Positions 35,152-45,346 are shown, counted from the first letter of the stretch. The stretch is 64,000 bases of DNA from Candidatus Woesearchaeota archaeon (GCA_016188215.1 JACPIF010000003.1:35388-99387); one strand, 5' to 3'. Numbers and translations are program-made. Notes: generated by a model from the sequence alone, not told the origin.

Positions 35152-37377
35152 TCATTCAAACGGAACCTGGCTCCACAGCGTCCACTCATTGCTCGGGCTG
35201 TAAGCCCCAAAGATAAAGTATGGGGAATATGCTCTTCCGGAATAGCTGTGCTGGAACTGCCCCCAGCTCACGCCTCCCGCGTACCCTCCCCTGAATGTTG
35301 GCGCTCCAAATGCCCGCCACGTCTGAGTCAATATCCTGCCCTGCCCGAACTGCTCTTCCTCATGCCCTTCTGAGACAATGAAGCCATTGAAGCCTTTTTC
35401 CTTGAACCTCTTGACAGCTTCAACCACCGGAAAGATTCCCTGCCCGGGCGGCAAATGACCATGAGCACCGCTTGCAGAATCAACTGCTTGTATTGAGCCT
35501 ACGACATCCTCGCGTGCAAGCATATCCACCTGATCAAGATACCATTTCCTGAACGCCTGCAATCTTTGCTCCTCACCTTCTCCTGGAACCCTCCTGAAAT
35601 GGTTGTACCACATGCCCATGTGGGAAGTATCAAACAATCCTTTAATATGCTTTTTCGCCTCTTCCCTTGCGCGAGCTTCATCCATCTCTCTATAATGTGG
35701 ATTATGTACCTTTACTCTCTGAAGGTTGCCCTGCTCATCAAGCACCTCTTTCTCAAATTCTGGCTTTGTAAGGAATTTCACCATATCATCCCGCGCCTTT
35801 TTAATCAGTTCCACGAATTCAGTCGGATGGCTTCCCCAGCTTCCGGGCCATCCTATCTCTGGCCCAACCGAAATATCCCGCTTCACATTAGGATTCTTAT
35901 GGGTCTCATCCATGGCATAGATGCCTGCAATTGCATACCCTTCAACAGACTTTTGCTTTGCGTACTTTTCGGCTGTCGTGATGTGCCTCCTGAGGATGGC
36001 AGCCTCCTCTGCCTGCTGAAGCTGGCCGCGGCTCATCTCCCTCCTTGAGTTCATGTCATTCCTCATGCTTTTTATCGCATCTTCAATAATTTCACTTGGT
36101 TTTTTATAACTCGCAGGAAGCAGGCCTCCTGCAGTTATATGACGGGCAGTTTCATCGCTTACCTGCCGCATGACTTTCCATTTCTCCTCTTCTGGCAGAT
36201 TGTCCTCAATTCTTTTATAGAATTCAAGGGATTTCTTGAGCTTTTCAATCTCAGCAACTTTCTTGTTTACATCCTGCCCATGGATCTGCGCCCAGCCGCG
36301 AGCAATGGATTCCTGGCTTTCAGTGGTTGCGAACATGAAGGCTTCCTGCACAGTATATTCTTCCTCTGGCCGCAGCCGCCTTCCCTTCTTTTGCTCAAGC
36401 TCGCGATTTAGCTCGTTCCTTTCGTCCTCAAAATCTTTCCATCGCTTTACCCTGATAATCATCTGCCCTTCTTCATCAATCTCGGGCACTCTGTCTTTCC
36501 TCGCCACTTTTCTTCCTTCAAAATCTACATAGTCGCCTTTTTTGATAGATGCCCTGTTTCCCTTGTCATCCACTCCTTCATAATCTGACTTTGCACGCTT
36601 CCATTCCGGATACGGCACTTCCTGGTTCAGCCTGATCTCCTGGATGACTCTCCCGGTTCTATCATCTACCAGATGCTTCACCGCACGCTCTTCTTCCTCG
36701 GGGTAAGCTACAAATTCAGGGATTTCTTTGCCATTGATGTTGTACTTCCTTTTGTTCCATGTAGCGTCAAAAACTGTTCTTGGGAACTCCATAGACACAA
36801 CATCAACAGCGCCCCCGCCGGAGATATCCCCGATAAACCTGATGGCATCCCTTATCTCGTTCAGGTCCTGGAATCTTTTGTCGTCGCTTATAGTCCCGTT
36901 CTGCGGATTATAGCCGGATAAGTTGCTGATAGCAGTCGGCAATTCAACGCCGGAAATCATGACCTCGTTCGCCTTCGCCAATTCACGGATAGCTTCCCTG
37001 ACATCTTTTCCATAAGCTTTCGGCCTGCCGCCTATTGCAGATTCAGGCGGCGTTGTCAGCACAAACTGTATATTGGCAGCTCCTGCCTTGATGGCAGCTT
37101 CAGTCGTTTGCAGGATATTAGCCCCTGTCCTGGGATCTCTCTCTGGAACTGTCTGGCCCAGCTCGTGTATCGGTACGATGGGCTCCTCCAGCTTCGGCTC
37201 GCCCTGAGCCATCGCCTCAAAATACCCCCGGTCCATCGGGATGTAATATCCTGTGTTTGTGTTGAATTCCATCAGCTGAAAATCAGCTGGCACTTTAGGC
37301 GGGTTCGCTCCGCTCACCCACCGGACAGCTGACATTTTATTCTTTATGAACCTTATGTGTCGGCTATCACGATACAC
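35152..37377 (-). CDS. large protein (741 aa) with a C-terminal xylose-isomerase-like TIM-barrel domain
   Basis: C-terminal 'GAHGHLPPGQGIFPVVEAVKRFKEKGFNGFIVSEGHEE' fits the H.H...pGeG.idf...L...gy.G...E pattern of sugar-phosphate isomerase/epimerase TIM barrels; the N-terminal 450 aa are charged and coiled-coil-like. Confidence 0.65.
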   Translation of the reverse strand: MYRDSRHIRFIKNKMSAVRWVSGANPPKVPADFQLMEFNTNTGYYIPMDRGYFEAMAQGEPKLEEPIVPIHELGQTVPERDPRTGANILQTTEAAIKAGAANIQFVLTTPPESAIGGRPKAYGKDVREAIRELAKANEVMISGVELPTAISNLSGYNPQNGTISDDKRFQDLNEIRDAIRFIGDISGGGAVDVVSMEFPRTVFDATWNKRKYNINGKEIPEFVAYPEEEERAVKHLVDDRTGRVIQEIRLNQEVPYPEWKRAKSDYEGVDDKGNRASIKKGDYVDFEGRKVARKDRVPEIDEEGQMIIRVKRWKDFEDERNELNRELEQKKGRRLRPEEEYTVQEAFMFATTESQESIARGWAQIHGQDVNKKVAEIEKLKKSLEFYKRIEDNLPEEEKWKVMRQVSDETARHITAGGLLPASYKKPSEIIEDAIKSMRNDMNSRREMSRGQLQQAEEAAILRRHITTAEKYAKQKSVEGYAIAGIYAMDETHKNPNVKRDISVGPEIGWPGSWGSHPTEFVELIKKARDDMVKFLTKPEFEKEVLDEQGNLQRVKVHNPHYREMDEARAREEAKKHIKGLFDTSHMGMWYNHFRRVPGEGEEQRLQAFRKWYLDQVDMLAREDVVGSIQAVDSASGAHGHLPPGQGIFPVVEAVKRFKEKGFNGFIVSEGHEEEQFGQGRILTQTWRAFGAPTFRGGYAGGVSWGQFQHSYSGRAYSPYFIFGAYSPSNEWTLWSQVPFE

Positions 37378-37457
37378 GGCGATGATTAGCCGACCCTTGG
37401 CACAGTAGCCTGACTTTTGTCAGGCTCGTCCTTTGCAAATTATTTGTTTCCTTTGCT

Positions 37458-38105
37458 CTATCCTCTGATGTATTGCATTATATTCTTCGTCAGGCTTGCT
37501 GTCTTGTCGATGAGTTCAGCAGTCCTTTCATTGCCTTTGTACACGCCTTCCTGCATGTCCCTTCCTTTGTAGAGTGCAGCATATTGCAGGTCCCTTGCTT
37601 TTGAGACTAATTCCTGAGCTTGCTGCTGGTACCTGTTTGGATCAAGCTGTTTTGCCTCTTCAATCAGCTGTGAAGCCATGCTGTACAGGTCCCTGATTGG
37701 CGCTGTTGCCAGCCTGGTTTGGTATTGCCTGTGGGCTTCCAGCTCAACAGGACTTAGCCGTGTAGGTTCTGAACCAAGTGTCTCTTCCAGCTTTTTCTCT
37801 GCGCGTTTTGGCTTTTCATCTTCATCGTCCTTCTTCCTGGCGCTGACCTGCCTTTTGGTGGCAAAAATCCTGCGCTCTTCCTCACTGACAAGCGTATCAA
37901 AATCAACAGCCTTCAGCTGCGGTATAGGGAGCTGCTCTTTCTCTTTCTCCTCCTCAACAAGCTCTGCCTCGGACTCCTGCATCAGCTTGTGGGCCTCCTC
38001 AATCTCTTTCTTGTTGCGCTCTTCAATCTCCCTGAGCCTCTTGAGCCGCTCCTCAGGAGGCAGGTACATCAGCTCCTTCAGCTTCGCTACGATATCATCT
38101 GCCAT
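37458..38105 (-). CDS. Glu/Lys-rich coiled-coil protein (215 aa)
   Basis: ORF with heptad-like charged repeats. Confidence 0.55.
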   Translation of the reverse strand: MADDIVAKLKELMYLPPEERLKRLREIEERNKKEIEEAHKLMQESEAELVEEEKEKEQLPIPQLKAVDFDTLVSEEERRIFATKRQVSARKKDDEDEKPKRAEKKLEETLGSEPTRLSPVELEAHRQYQTRLATAPIRDLYSMASQLIEEAKQLDPNRYQQQAQELVSKARDLQYAALYKGRDMQEGVYKGNERTAELIDKTASLTKNIMQYIRG

Positions 38106-38162
38106 GCTAAAATTAAAGCTTTTAACTTATATAAACTATATGGACTTTTCATGAGCTGGTCT

Positions 38163-38789
38163 TTAGCTGTAATTCTTGTATAAATGAAAGATATTCCCAT
38201 TGATTGCGACGCTTGCCTCGCGCTGCAGCTTTGTGGTATTTAAAAACGGCCCGTAGACTATCAACCTGCCCTGCAGCTCCTTCCTTAGCTTTGCATCCAG
38301 GCCCCTGTACAGAGGCTCGTCTGGAAATGAGAACACCATGTCATATGGTGCAATGCCGTGCTTGTAGAAATCCTCTTTAAGGAAGCTTGCGCTCAACCCC
38401 AGTTTGTGCTTTATCTCAATGCTCTTGCTCAATAATTCCTGGTCGCACTCAACTCCTGTTGCGTTCGTGAAAAGGGATGCAATCAATACTACCCTTCCGT
38501 CGCCGCTTCCCAGGTCAATGAAATTCCTGTACTGCGAAAGGCCAATCTTCTGGAATAATTCAAACACCTCATCGCATACTGAGACTCCCCAGAAGCCCTT
38601 TTCCGTTGACTTCACCGGCAGCCTTCCCTGCCTCAATAATTCCCTATGGTACCTGCTGTATTCTTCCTTTATCTGCCTGAACTGCCCGTGCCTCTGCCCG
38701 ACCCTCTCGGCAGCCTTCCTGCTGATCTTATCCTGCTCGCGGTTCGCAAGTATCTGCGCAACCTTTTTGCTGTACTTTATTTTGAGCAT
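38163..38789 (-). CDS. putative SAM-dependent methyltransferase-like protein (208 aa)
   Basis: 'FIDLGSGDGRVVLIASL' glycine-rich motif I followed by an acidic residue pattern. Confidence 0.5.
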   Translation of the reverse strand: MLKIKYSKKVAQILANREQDKISRKAAERVGQRHGQFRQIKEEYSRYHRELLRQGRLPVKSTEKGFWGVSVCDEVFELFQKIGLSQYRNFIDLGSGDGRVVLIASLFTNATGVECDQELLSKSIEIKHKLGLSASFLKEDFYKHGIAPYDMVFSFPDEPLYRGLDAKLRKELQGRLIVYGPFLNTTKLQREASVAINGNIFHLYKNYS

Positions 38790-38825
38790 TCAACACCTTC
38801 TTTTTGAAATGTATTAACTTTGACC

Positions 38826-38946
38826 TTTGCACCGCGCTGCTGCGCGGCATGCGCTTCGCGCACTGCAATATGTCCCCGATTCTGGCGGTAAGCTTTCTGT
38901 TCGGGGACTGTTCACAGTCCAGCTCTGCTTTAGCTGAGCTGGTCCT
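38826..38946. repeat. modular intergenic hairpin repeat, copy C
   Basis: GC hairpins (tgcgc-ttc-gcgca); core 'atgtccccgattctggcggtaagctttctgttcggggac'; 'tgttcacag'; hairpin ccagctc-tgctttagc-tgagctgg. Confidence 0.75.
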
Positions 38947-38997
38947 GCACATTTCCTAGTTTTCTTACTTTTGCTAGTATAAAATACAATACATTAC

Positions 38998-40467
38998 TTA
39001 CCATGAAAGCATGCCATGCGCTTTCTTGTAGTTCTTGTATGTTGGCCACATGAATCCCCTTGCGTCCCTTTCTGCATCGCGCTTCTCGTACACTACTGCA
39101 AGCTTGCTCATTCCTTTTTCATGGGGTTTGCCTTTCTTTGATCCAAGGCCGAACAGCTCGCCGAAACCTTTGAACATTGAAGTGAATGGGTCGTATATAG
39201 TGGCAGGCTTCTTCTGCTCAGGTTCCTTGCGCTCAACCATCTCGCCTGCTTCCTCAAGGTATTTCATCAGCTCGTCGCCTAGCGCGACCATTGCATCCTC
39301 CACGCTCCGGTCAACCAGCGCAAGCAGCTCAAAATCCTCCTCTGCCCTGTACCTCTTGTAATTCTCAATATCATCCTTGCTCCACCCGTAGCCTCTTGCG
39401 GTGACTTTTATTTCACCGATGTGGATGGGCCCTCTCTGATAGCCTTCTGCCTGGTACTTGAGCTCGGGCCTTACCCTGAACCTGAAATTGTAGATGGCGA
39501 CTCCCATGTACTTCTTATTGGTTCTCGGAAGCCTTTTGCATAATAGCTCAACTTCTATGACAGCCCCTTCAAACGCCGTGATCAGGTCAGGCGACGTTTC
39601 CTTTTGGCTCTCCAAAACTTCAGAATGCATGCGCTTTATGTTCCTGAGATACGGCTTGACCCACATCATGTACATCTTGATTATGTCAAAATGCTGCCTG
39701 AGGTAGCGCAGCGTAAATAATCTTCTTGACTTGAGTTCCTTGTAAGTATGCTCTTTCCATTCAAGGTAGCTGCGCAGCTTCCGCTTCAATACTTCCTTCA
39801 CCTTGCGGTTGAAGTCTAGCTTTTCAACAACCCTGTCAACATCATCTGTTCTCAGTGGATGCACGCTGAAGAATAAATCAGGCAGGGTGGTGAACTGCAG
39901 CTCGCGTGCCATGCCGAACACAGATGCAGGATTCTTTGCCCCGCCCTCTGCCTGGTCAATGAATACTCCTTTTAGCGTGATTTCCGCGCTTTCCCGTGAC
40001 CTGCTTTTTTCATCGTAAGAGTCTGCGTAGTAATGCAGCCTCTCATCCAATATGCGAAGCTCCCTTACCAGCTGGAACAATTCCCTTACCATCTTGCCGA
40101 TGGTCGCAAGAAACTGGCTTACCTTGTCCTGCTGCAACCCTATGCGCTGCTGGGAAACGCCAAAGAATGTTGAATGTTCTGTCCCTACAAACACATCAGT
40201 TATCTTCTCAACCTGGCACCCAAGATCATAGCGTAGGTAGTTCAGTACCCAGAAATACGTTTCCTCAAGACTGGCAGAGAATGTCTCATATACAAGGCGG
40301 TAGCGTTTGGTAGGCTTGGGGTAGCCTGTCTTGACCATCTGGTCCTTCCCCTCTTCCATGATCTCTTCTTCGTACTGCCCTTTAGGCTTGAAATACTCGT
40401 CCTTGGTCATCCGCGGCTTTACCGTGAGCGCAGGAGTAGGCTTAGCCGTTATTAGTGTTGATGCCAT
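38998..40467 (-). CDS. hypothetical protein (489 aa)
   Basis: Long ORF. Confidence 0.65.
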   Translation of the reverse strand: MASTLITAKPTPALTVKPRMTKDEYFKPKGQYEEEIMEEGKDQMVKTGYPKPTKRYRLVYETFSASLEETYFWVLNYLRYDLGCQVEKITDVFVGTEHSTFFGVSQQRIGLQQDKVSQFLATIGKMVRELFQLVRELRILDERLHYYADSYDEKSRSRESAEITLKGVFIDQAEGGAKNPASVFGMARELQFTTLPDLFFSVHPLRTDDVDRVVEKLDFNRKVKEVLKRKLRSYLEWKEHTYKELKSRRLFTLRYLRQHFDIIKMYMMWVKPYLRNIKRMHSEVLESQKETSPDLITAFEGAVIEVELLCKRLPRTNKKYMGVAIYNFRFRVRPELKYQAEGYQRGPIHIGEIKVTARGYGWSKDDIENYKRYRAEEDFELLALVDRSVEDAMVALGDELMKYLEEAGEMVERKEPEQKKPATIYDPFTSMFKGFGELFGLGSKKGKPHEKGMSKLAVVYEKRDAERDARGFMWPTYKNYKKAHGMLSW

Positions 40468-40670
40468 TTCAAAAATGTTCCATTTTTGAGACCCTGAAAA
40501 TGGTTACATTTTCATGGTATCCCTCTTTTACTGTAGTACTGACTAGCTACTAGTATACTATTTAGGTGCTTTATATAGTTTTCTGTTTGAATCTTTTAAG
40601 TAATTATACTACTAATAGGTAATAACAAAATCATAAGATTTATATAGTAGAAAACATGTGTTTATAGTAT

Positions 40671-41279
40671 ATGACAAAAAATCCATATATTGGATCAGAT
40701 AATCCTTTGACAGATATTACTAAACCATATAGTCTTAGAAATGAGCGTCTTTTATACGGGGCTGGTGTAGCCGGTCATGGTATTTTAGGGGCAGCTGCCG
40801 GTGGTACTGGCAAGCTTATTTTGACAGTTGCAGGGCAAGGTGTTGATGCCACTATGAATACTCCAGCTGCCGCTAAGCAAGCGGCCCAACGAGTATATGA
40901 CAGCGCTAAAGAGACAGCAATTAACACCACACGGAAGGCATGGGCTTTTGTCACACGTACAAAGCCTGAAGAATACAAAGCTGAAGTTAGGCCTGAGCCA
41001 GAATACTCCCGAGCTTTTGAGAAGCAGTGGGGCGGTGTATATGGTGATGTTTTCCTTACATTAGCTCTTTTGACAGGCCTCGCATGGGGCGCAGTCAAGA
41101 ATAGCAGATGGTATCTTGATGCCAAAAGGCAAGCTGCAGATATCAATGTTCAGCGTGCACGTGCATATGCAGATTTCCAGCGCGCAGAATCAGATAGCCA
41201 GCTCGCATCTTCAAATCTTGCTTTAGCAAGAGCTGCTATCGCAGGCAAAGGCACTCTGGAAGAAAAGACCCAAGCATAA
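40671..41279 (+). CDS. hypothetical Ala/Gly-rich protein (202 aa) with one hydrophobic segment
   Basis: ORF, GC-rich relative to its flanks; TATA-like 'gatttatatag' about 30 bp upstream. Confidence 0.55.
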   Translation: MTKNPYIGSDNPLTDITKPYSLRNERLLYGAGVAGHGILGAAAGGTGKLILTVAGQGVDATMNTPAAAKQAAQRVYDSAKETAINTTRKAWAFVTRTKPEEYKAEVRPEPEYSRAFEKQWGGVYGDVFLTLALLTGLAWGAVKNSRWYLDAKRQAADINVQRARAYADFQRAESDSQLASSNLALARAAIAGKGTLEEKTQA

Positions 41280-41282
41280 TTC

Positions 41283-41657
41283 TCAAAGTCTGCTCAACAC
41301 CCTCAGAACATCAAACGGGCTGACTTGCCTGTTTCTGTAAAACTTTACAATTAAGTGTTTATCTTCACTAGTTACCGAAGCTACTGGTTTTTCTGTTTGT
41401 GCAATATAGCCTACTACTTTTGTATGATCCCCTTCCTTTCTTGAATAAAGACCATCTGAAACAACGTTGAATGCTTGGGCAACTGCATATGCAAGGTTAT
41501 TAGGATCTTTAATATGGCCCGTCTTTTGAAAGCGCGCAGTCACAGGCCCTGATCCCTGCTGACCATTCAAAGTAACATATTCGCCGCGCAAGTGAAAGCC
41601 ATGCCTTTCATATACTTCTATATTCGGCATACCCAGATGAACTCCTTCTAAACCCAT
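41283..41657 (-). CDS. hypothetical protein (124 aa)
   Basis: ORF convergent with 40671..41279. Confidence 0.5.
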   Translation of the reverse strand: MGLEGVHLGMPNIEVYERHGFHLRGEYVTLNGQQGSGPVTARFQKTGHIKDPNNLAYAVAQAFNVVSDGLYSRKEGDHTKVVGYIAQTEKPVASVTSEDKHLIVKFYRNRQVSPFDVLRVLSRL

Positions 41658-41833
41658 CTTAAAACCCTAATGTTAATTCCTGAAGAAACTTATATATAAA
41701 GTTTTATGCCTAAACTGACCAAATCCCTACTCTCTATACACACATTAGCAAACTATATATTACTGTTAATATATAATCTCCATAGGAAATCAAAGATTTC
41801 CTGGTCTCAAAAATCCCTGATTTTTGAAACATT

Positions 41834-41844
41834 AACTATAAAAG
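41834..41844 (+). promoter_or_regulatory. TATA box for the 41867 gene
   Basis: 'aactataaaag' centred about 28 bp upstream of the ATG. Confidence 0.5.
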
Positions 41845-41866
41845 ACACCGTATCTTCAATAACACT

Positions 41867-42841
41867 ATGAGAGCAACAATAGTCCACACATTAATCTACT
41901 CAATACCGAAGGAGATTGAGAAGGCTAAGCCAGAGGTAGTCAAGCCTGCAAGAAGCTCCCCTAACTATGAGGAATACTTCCCGATGTTCAGGATTCTTGA
42001 GCAGGGCGTCGCGAAGGAGATAGCAGGGAAGAAGGTCACCTTCATGTTGAAGGTCTTTGAAGATAACTTGATTGTGGAGGCAGAGACATATTTTGATTTT
42101 AAGACAGCCCAGGCAATCCTTGACTTTAAGGAGCTTTTGTCAGAGGAGTCCAAGAAGTTTGCAAAGAAGTACAAGCCTTCCAGCTTTTTTGAGGAATACA
42201 CATTTTACCTGAAAAAGGATTATGACAATGCGCAGGGCTACATCAATGCCAATAAGAATACAATTGCAGCTCTCCTTAAAGACGAGAAGTCAGGATTGAC
42301 TCAGAAAGAGGTTGATAGCACGCTACTGAACCGCATCACTTATGGAAAGGAAGACCTGACCATTATTGAATGGGATGGCGCATTCCTGTTTGACAAGGAG
42401 GGTGAGTTCAAGGATACCATCTCAATCATAGAGCTGGCAAATGTTCAATTGCTTAATCTCAGGCTGCTGGACAATAGCCTGCAGGACGACATCGGAAAGA
42501 TCAAGGACCAGCTTGAGCCAGGCGGCCTGCGCTCATTCTTCAGGCTTTCAAAATTCATGAAGGACATCATCAAGGTGAGGACGCAGAGCGTCATTGAGCT
42601 GGACAGCATTGACAACTCGCTGAAGCTGTACGGCGACTGGTATTCAGCAAGGGTCTATGACATGGCTGCAAGGAAATTATACCTGGAGCGCTGGCGCAGC
42701 AATGTAGAGAAGAAGCTCAATGTGCTGAAAGACATCTACGAGATGATAGCCCACAGGATGTCAGAGAACTATAACCTGCTGCTTGAATTCACTATTGTCG
42801 TCTTGATTGTGCTGGAGATACTGCTATTTCTTCCCACCTAA
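41867..42841 (+). CDS. hypothetical protein with a C-terminal TM anchor (324 aa)
   Basis: Long ORF with a hydrophobic C-terminus (LLLEFTIVVLIVLEILLFLPT). Confidence 0.65.
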   Translation: MRATIVHTLIYSIPKEIEKAKPEVVKPARSSPNYEEYFPMFRILEQGVAKEIAGKKVTFMLKVFEDNLIVEAETYFDFKTAQAILDFKELLSEESKKFAKKYKPSSFFEEYTFYLKKDYDNAQGYINANKNTIAALLKDEKSGLTQKEVDSTLLNRITYGKEDLTIIEWDGAFLFDKEGEFKDTISIIELANVQLLNLRLLDNSLQDDIGKIKDQLEPGGLRSFFRLSKFMKDIIKVRTQSVIELDSIDNSLKLYGDWYSARVYDMAARKLYLERWRSNVEKKLNVLKDIYEMIAHRMSENYNLLLEFTIVVLIVLEILLFLPT

Positions 42842-43092
42842 CCTTCCGTGTACAGAACAACAACCCTCCCAACTACATCAACCAGCTGCGCTGCAGTTTT
42901 CACTGCAAGCTCTGCTCCCAGTGCTTTGACGTCTTCAACCGGTGCATTCTTCAGCAGCTTTATCTTGACCAGTTTCCTTGCCTTGAGCTGCCGCTTTATC
43001 TCTTCAATGGTTGTATGAGTAGCCCCGAACTTGCCTATCCTGACAGAAGGCTCAATTGCCCTTGCTTTTGCCCGCAACGCCCGCAGTTCCAT
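42838..43092 (-). CDS. YhbY/CRS1 (CRM-domain) RNA-binding protein
   Basis: 'VRIGKFGATHTTIEEIKRQLKARKLVKIKLL' matches the CRM-domain GxxG motif; 84 aa. Confidence 0.75.
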   Translation of the reverse strand: MELRALRAKARAIEPSVRIGKFGATHTTIEEIKRQLKARKLVKIKLLKNAPVEDVKALGAELAVKTAAQLVDVVGRVVVLYTEG

Positions 43093-43098
43093 AGTGCC

Positions 43099-44805
43099 TC
43101 AGCTATGGAGCGGATGCTCATGCCCAATCTCCTTCCTTAAGACAAGCTCCTTGATGTGCTGCAGCTTGTAGGGAAGGACGCTGCTTGCTTTGCCAGTGAA
43201 CCTTTCAAGAAGTCCTGAGGCATATTCCCCTCCTAAAAAGTGAGGCAATATTACGTAGTCTGCTCCAGCCTTGTACAACTCAAGCGCATCTTCTATTGAA
43301 TTTGCAGTAAGCATGATAACTGCCTTCTTATTTGCATCTTTAACTTTTTCCAGCAGCAGCAAGCTGTCATAAATGCTTGGAACAGTTGAAACCACCATCT
43401 TTGCATGCTTGAAATCAATGGCGTCAAGCACCTCCTCATCACCTATATCCCCATAAAGCGTAAAGGTTTGCTTATCCCTTATTTTCTCAATAATTTCAGG
43501 ATTATAGTCTACAACGAGCACTTTCATATCCAGATTCTTTAACTTTCTCCGTATGCTATACCCTATCCGGTTGTGGCCTGCCAGCACGACATCATAGCGA
43601 TCAGCTTTTTTAGATACATACTCCTCTTTCCGGAACCTCAGCAAATCCAGGAACCCCAGATATGGCTTGCATACCCTATATACTGTTTCCTGGTACTGCA
43701 TGAGATATGTGGTGAATGCAATGGTTATTGCGGTGACAACCATCACAACAGAGACGACCTCCTGCGATATAACCCCAAGCAGAAAACCTTGCGCAATTAA
43801 TATCAGGGAAAACTCACTAAGCTGTGAGATGCCTATGCTTGAAAGGAATGAAATCTTCTTGTCATATCCCATGAGCGAAAGCGGGATCATGACGCTTAAT
43901 GGGTCTATTACCATAACAAGCAGTATAAATAGAACTGTAATCCAGATATATCCCAATGCCGCTCCGAGCACAATCTGCATGCCAAGAGATACAAAGAATA
44001 TTGTGGCAAAGAAATCACGTAAAGATCGCACTTTTGCAACAATCTCGATGTGAAATGGAGAGGCTGCAAGGCTGATCCCTGCCAGAAATGCGCCTATGGC
44101 AATGGAATAATCAAGAAAATCTGCCAGAAAAATCATAATAAAAAGCCAAGAGACCGAGCTTAAGAAAAGCAGCTCTTGCGATTTTGCAATCCTTGAAAAT
44201 AAGTAAGGAGCGAGCCAGATAAGCAATGCAGTCAAGCTGAACAATACAGCCCCCTTTACAAGAGCAATAAATATCGGATATATCTGGAAAGAGCTGCCTA
44301 CGGTTGCAAGCAGCGCAAGCGCAAGTATTGCAACAAAGTCCTGCACTAACAATATGCCTATCATAAGCCTGCCGTGCAGGGTCTCAATCTCTTTTTTATC
44401 TGAGAGTATCTTTACTACAATAAGCGTGCTGCTGAACGCAAGCGCCAGCGATACATACAATGATACTATGTGGTTGAAGCCAAGCCATAGTGCCAGCAAA
44501 TAGCCCAGGAATGTTGTCGCCGCAATCTGTGCAATACCAGCAATGACCGCAGCTTTTCCGACCTGGCGCAGCTTTCTAAAGTCTAACTCCAGCCCAACAA
44601 TGAAAAGCATGAACGCTATGCCTAAAAGTGAGAGCGTGTTGATGACTTCTATGTCTTCAATTAGCGCCAGGCCAGACGGCCCGATGACAAGCCCGGCTAA
44701 AATGTATGAAAGGATAGGTGGCTGTTTGAAAAACCTGATAATAATTGCTACACCTGTTGCAAAGATAAGTACAATCCCCAGCGTAAAAAACAAGTCAAGC
44801 TCCAT
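43099..44805 (-). CDS. monovalent cation:proton antiporter (CPA2/KefB-like) with a C-terminal TrkA-N/RCK domain
   Basis: About 12 TM helices followed by 'VLAGHNRIGYSIRRKL...VVDYNPEIIEKI...DIGD' (Rossmann fold, KTN). Confidence 0.9.
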   Translation of the reverse strand: MELDLFFTLGIVLIFATGVAIIIRFFKQPPILSYILAGLVIGPSGLALIEDIEVINTLSLLGIAFMLFIVGLELDFRKLRQVGKAAVIAGIAQIAATTFLGYLLALWLGFNHIVSLYVSLALAFSSTLIVVKILSDKKEIETLHGRLMIGILLVQDFVAILALALLATVGSSFQIYPIFIALVKGAVLFSLTALLIWLAPYLFSRIAKSQELLFLSSVSWLFIMIFLADFLDYSIAIGAFLAGISLAASPFHIEIVAKVRSLRDFFATIFFVSLGMQIVLGAALGYIWITVLFILLVMVIDPLSVMIPLSLMGYDKKISFLSSIGISQLSEFSLILIAQGFLLGVISQEVVSVVMVVTAITIAFTTYLMQYQETVYRVCKPYLGFLDLLRFRKEEYVSKKADRYDVVLAGHNRIGYSIRRKLKNLDMKVLVVDYNPEIIEKIRDKQTFTLYGDIGDEEVLDAIDFKHAKMVVSTVPSIYDSLLLLEKVKDANKKAVIMLTANSIEDALELYKAGADYVILPHFLGGEYASGLLERFTGKASSVLPYKLQHIKELVLRKEIGHEHPLHS

Positions 44806-44815
44806 GTAACATCTC

Positions 44816-44962
44816 TTACACCATCTCCAGCCTTCCCGAATCCTTTTCCTCTTTTGCCCCCTTATCCCTTAGGTTCAGCTCAATGACATCCTGTTTTTTC
44901 AGCATTGTGACAGCTTCAGCTTCTGAAATGCCCATCAGCTCTGCCAGATCCTTCAGTTTCAT
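44816..44962 (-). CDS. small HTH-like protein (48 aa, MKLKDLAELMGISEAEAVTML...)
   Basis: ATG to TAA ORF just upstream of the antiporter gene; TATA-like 'ccttataatcc' about 27 bp upstream; helix-turn-helix-like sequence. Confidence 0.3.
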   Translation of the reverse strand: MKLKDLAELMGISEAEAVTMLKKQDVIELNLRDKGAKEEKDSGRLEMV

Positions 44963-45134
44963 GCGAACCTCTTTTTATAAGGGATTATAAGGGGAGTTGC
45001 CCGCCCAGCCTGGACGAGCAGCTCCGTCAACCCCTCACTTTGTGGTGAGCTTGTCTATTTTTGTAATCTCTTTTGTGCTTTTTCCTTTTCTTTGCATTGC
45101 TTTTTTTTTATTACTCTACTATATGTGCATGACT

Positions 45135-45325
45135 GGCGCGAAATGCGCGCCCAATTTGTCCCCGATTCTCGCTGTAAGCTTTCTGTTCGGGGACCATCGA
45201 AATGCTTTGCATTTCGGGGGTTTCGAAACTATGTTTCGAGACTAGGAATTGGGCACAATTCCTTTGTTTCGGAACGATAGTTCCGCAACTATTCACAGCA
45301 GCCGAGATTTATCTCGGCTGAGTCT
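45135..45325. repeat. modular intergenic hairpin repeat, copy D (composite, 5 hairpin modules)
   Basis: ggcgcg-aaatg-cgcgcc; core 'tgtccccgattctcgctgtaagctttctgttcggggac'; cgaaatgc-ttt-gcatttcg; tcgaaac-tat-gtttcga; aattgtgccc/gggcacaatt hairpin; 'tcacag' followed by cagccgag-atttatc-ctcggctg. Confidence 0.8.
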
Positions 45326-45346
45326 CCAAATTATTAGTCTCTTTCC

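Larger units (their letters stand above)
40488..41819. mobile_element. candidate inserted islet: two GC-rich convergent genes bounded by an 11-bp inverted repeat (atttttgagac / gtctcaaaaat)
   Basis: The 11-mer at 40488-40498 recurs as its reverse complement at 41809-41819. Each copy is followed by (c)cctga and an A/T run that forms a hairpin. Interior genes are Ala-rich and GC-rich; the flanks are very AT-rich. Confidence 0.25.
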
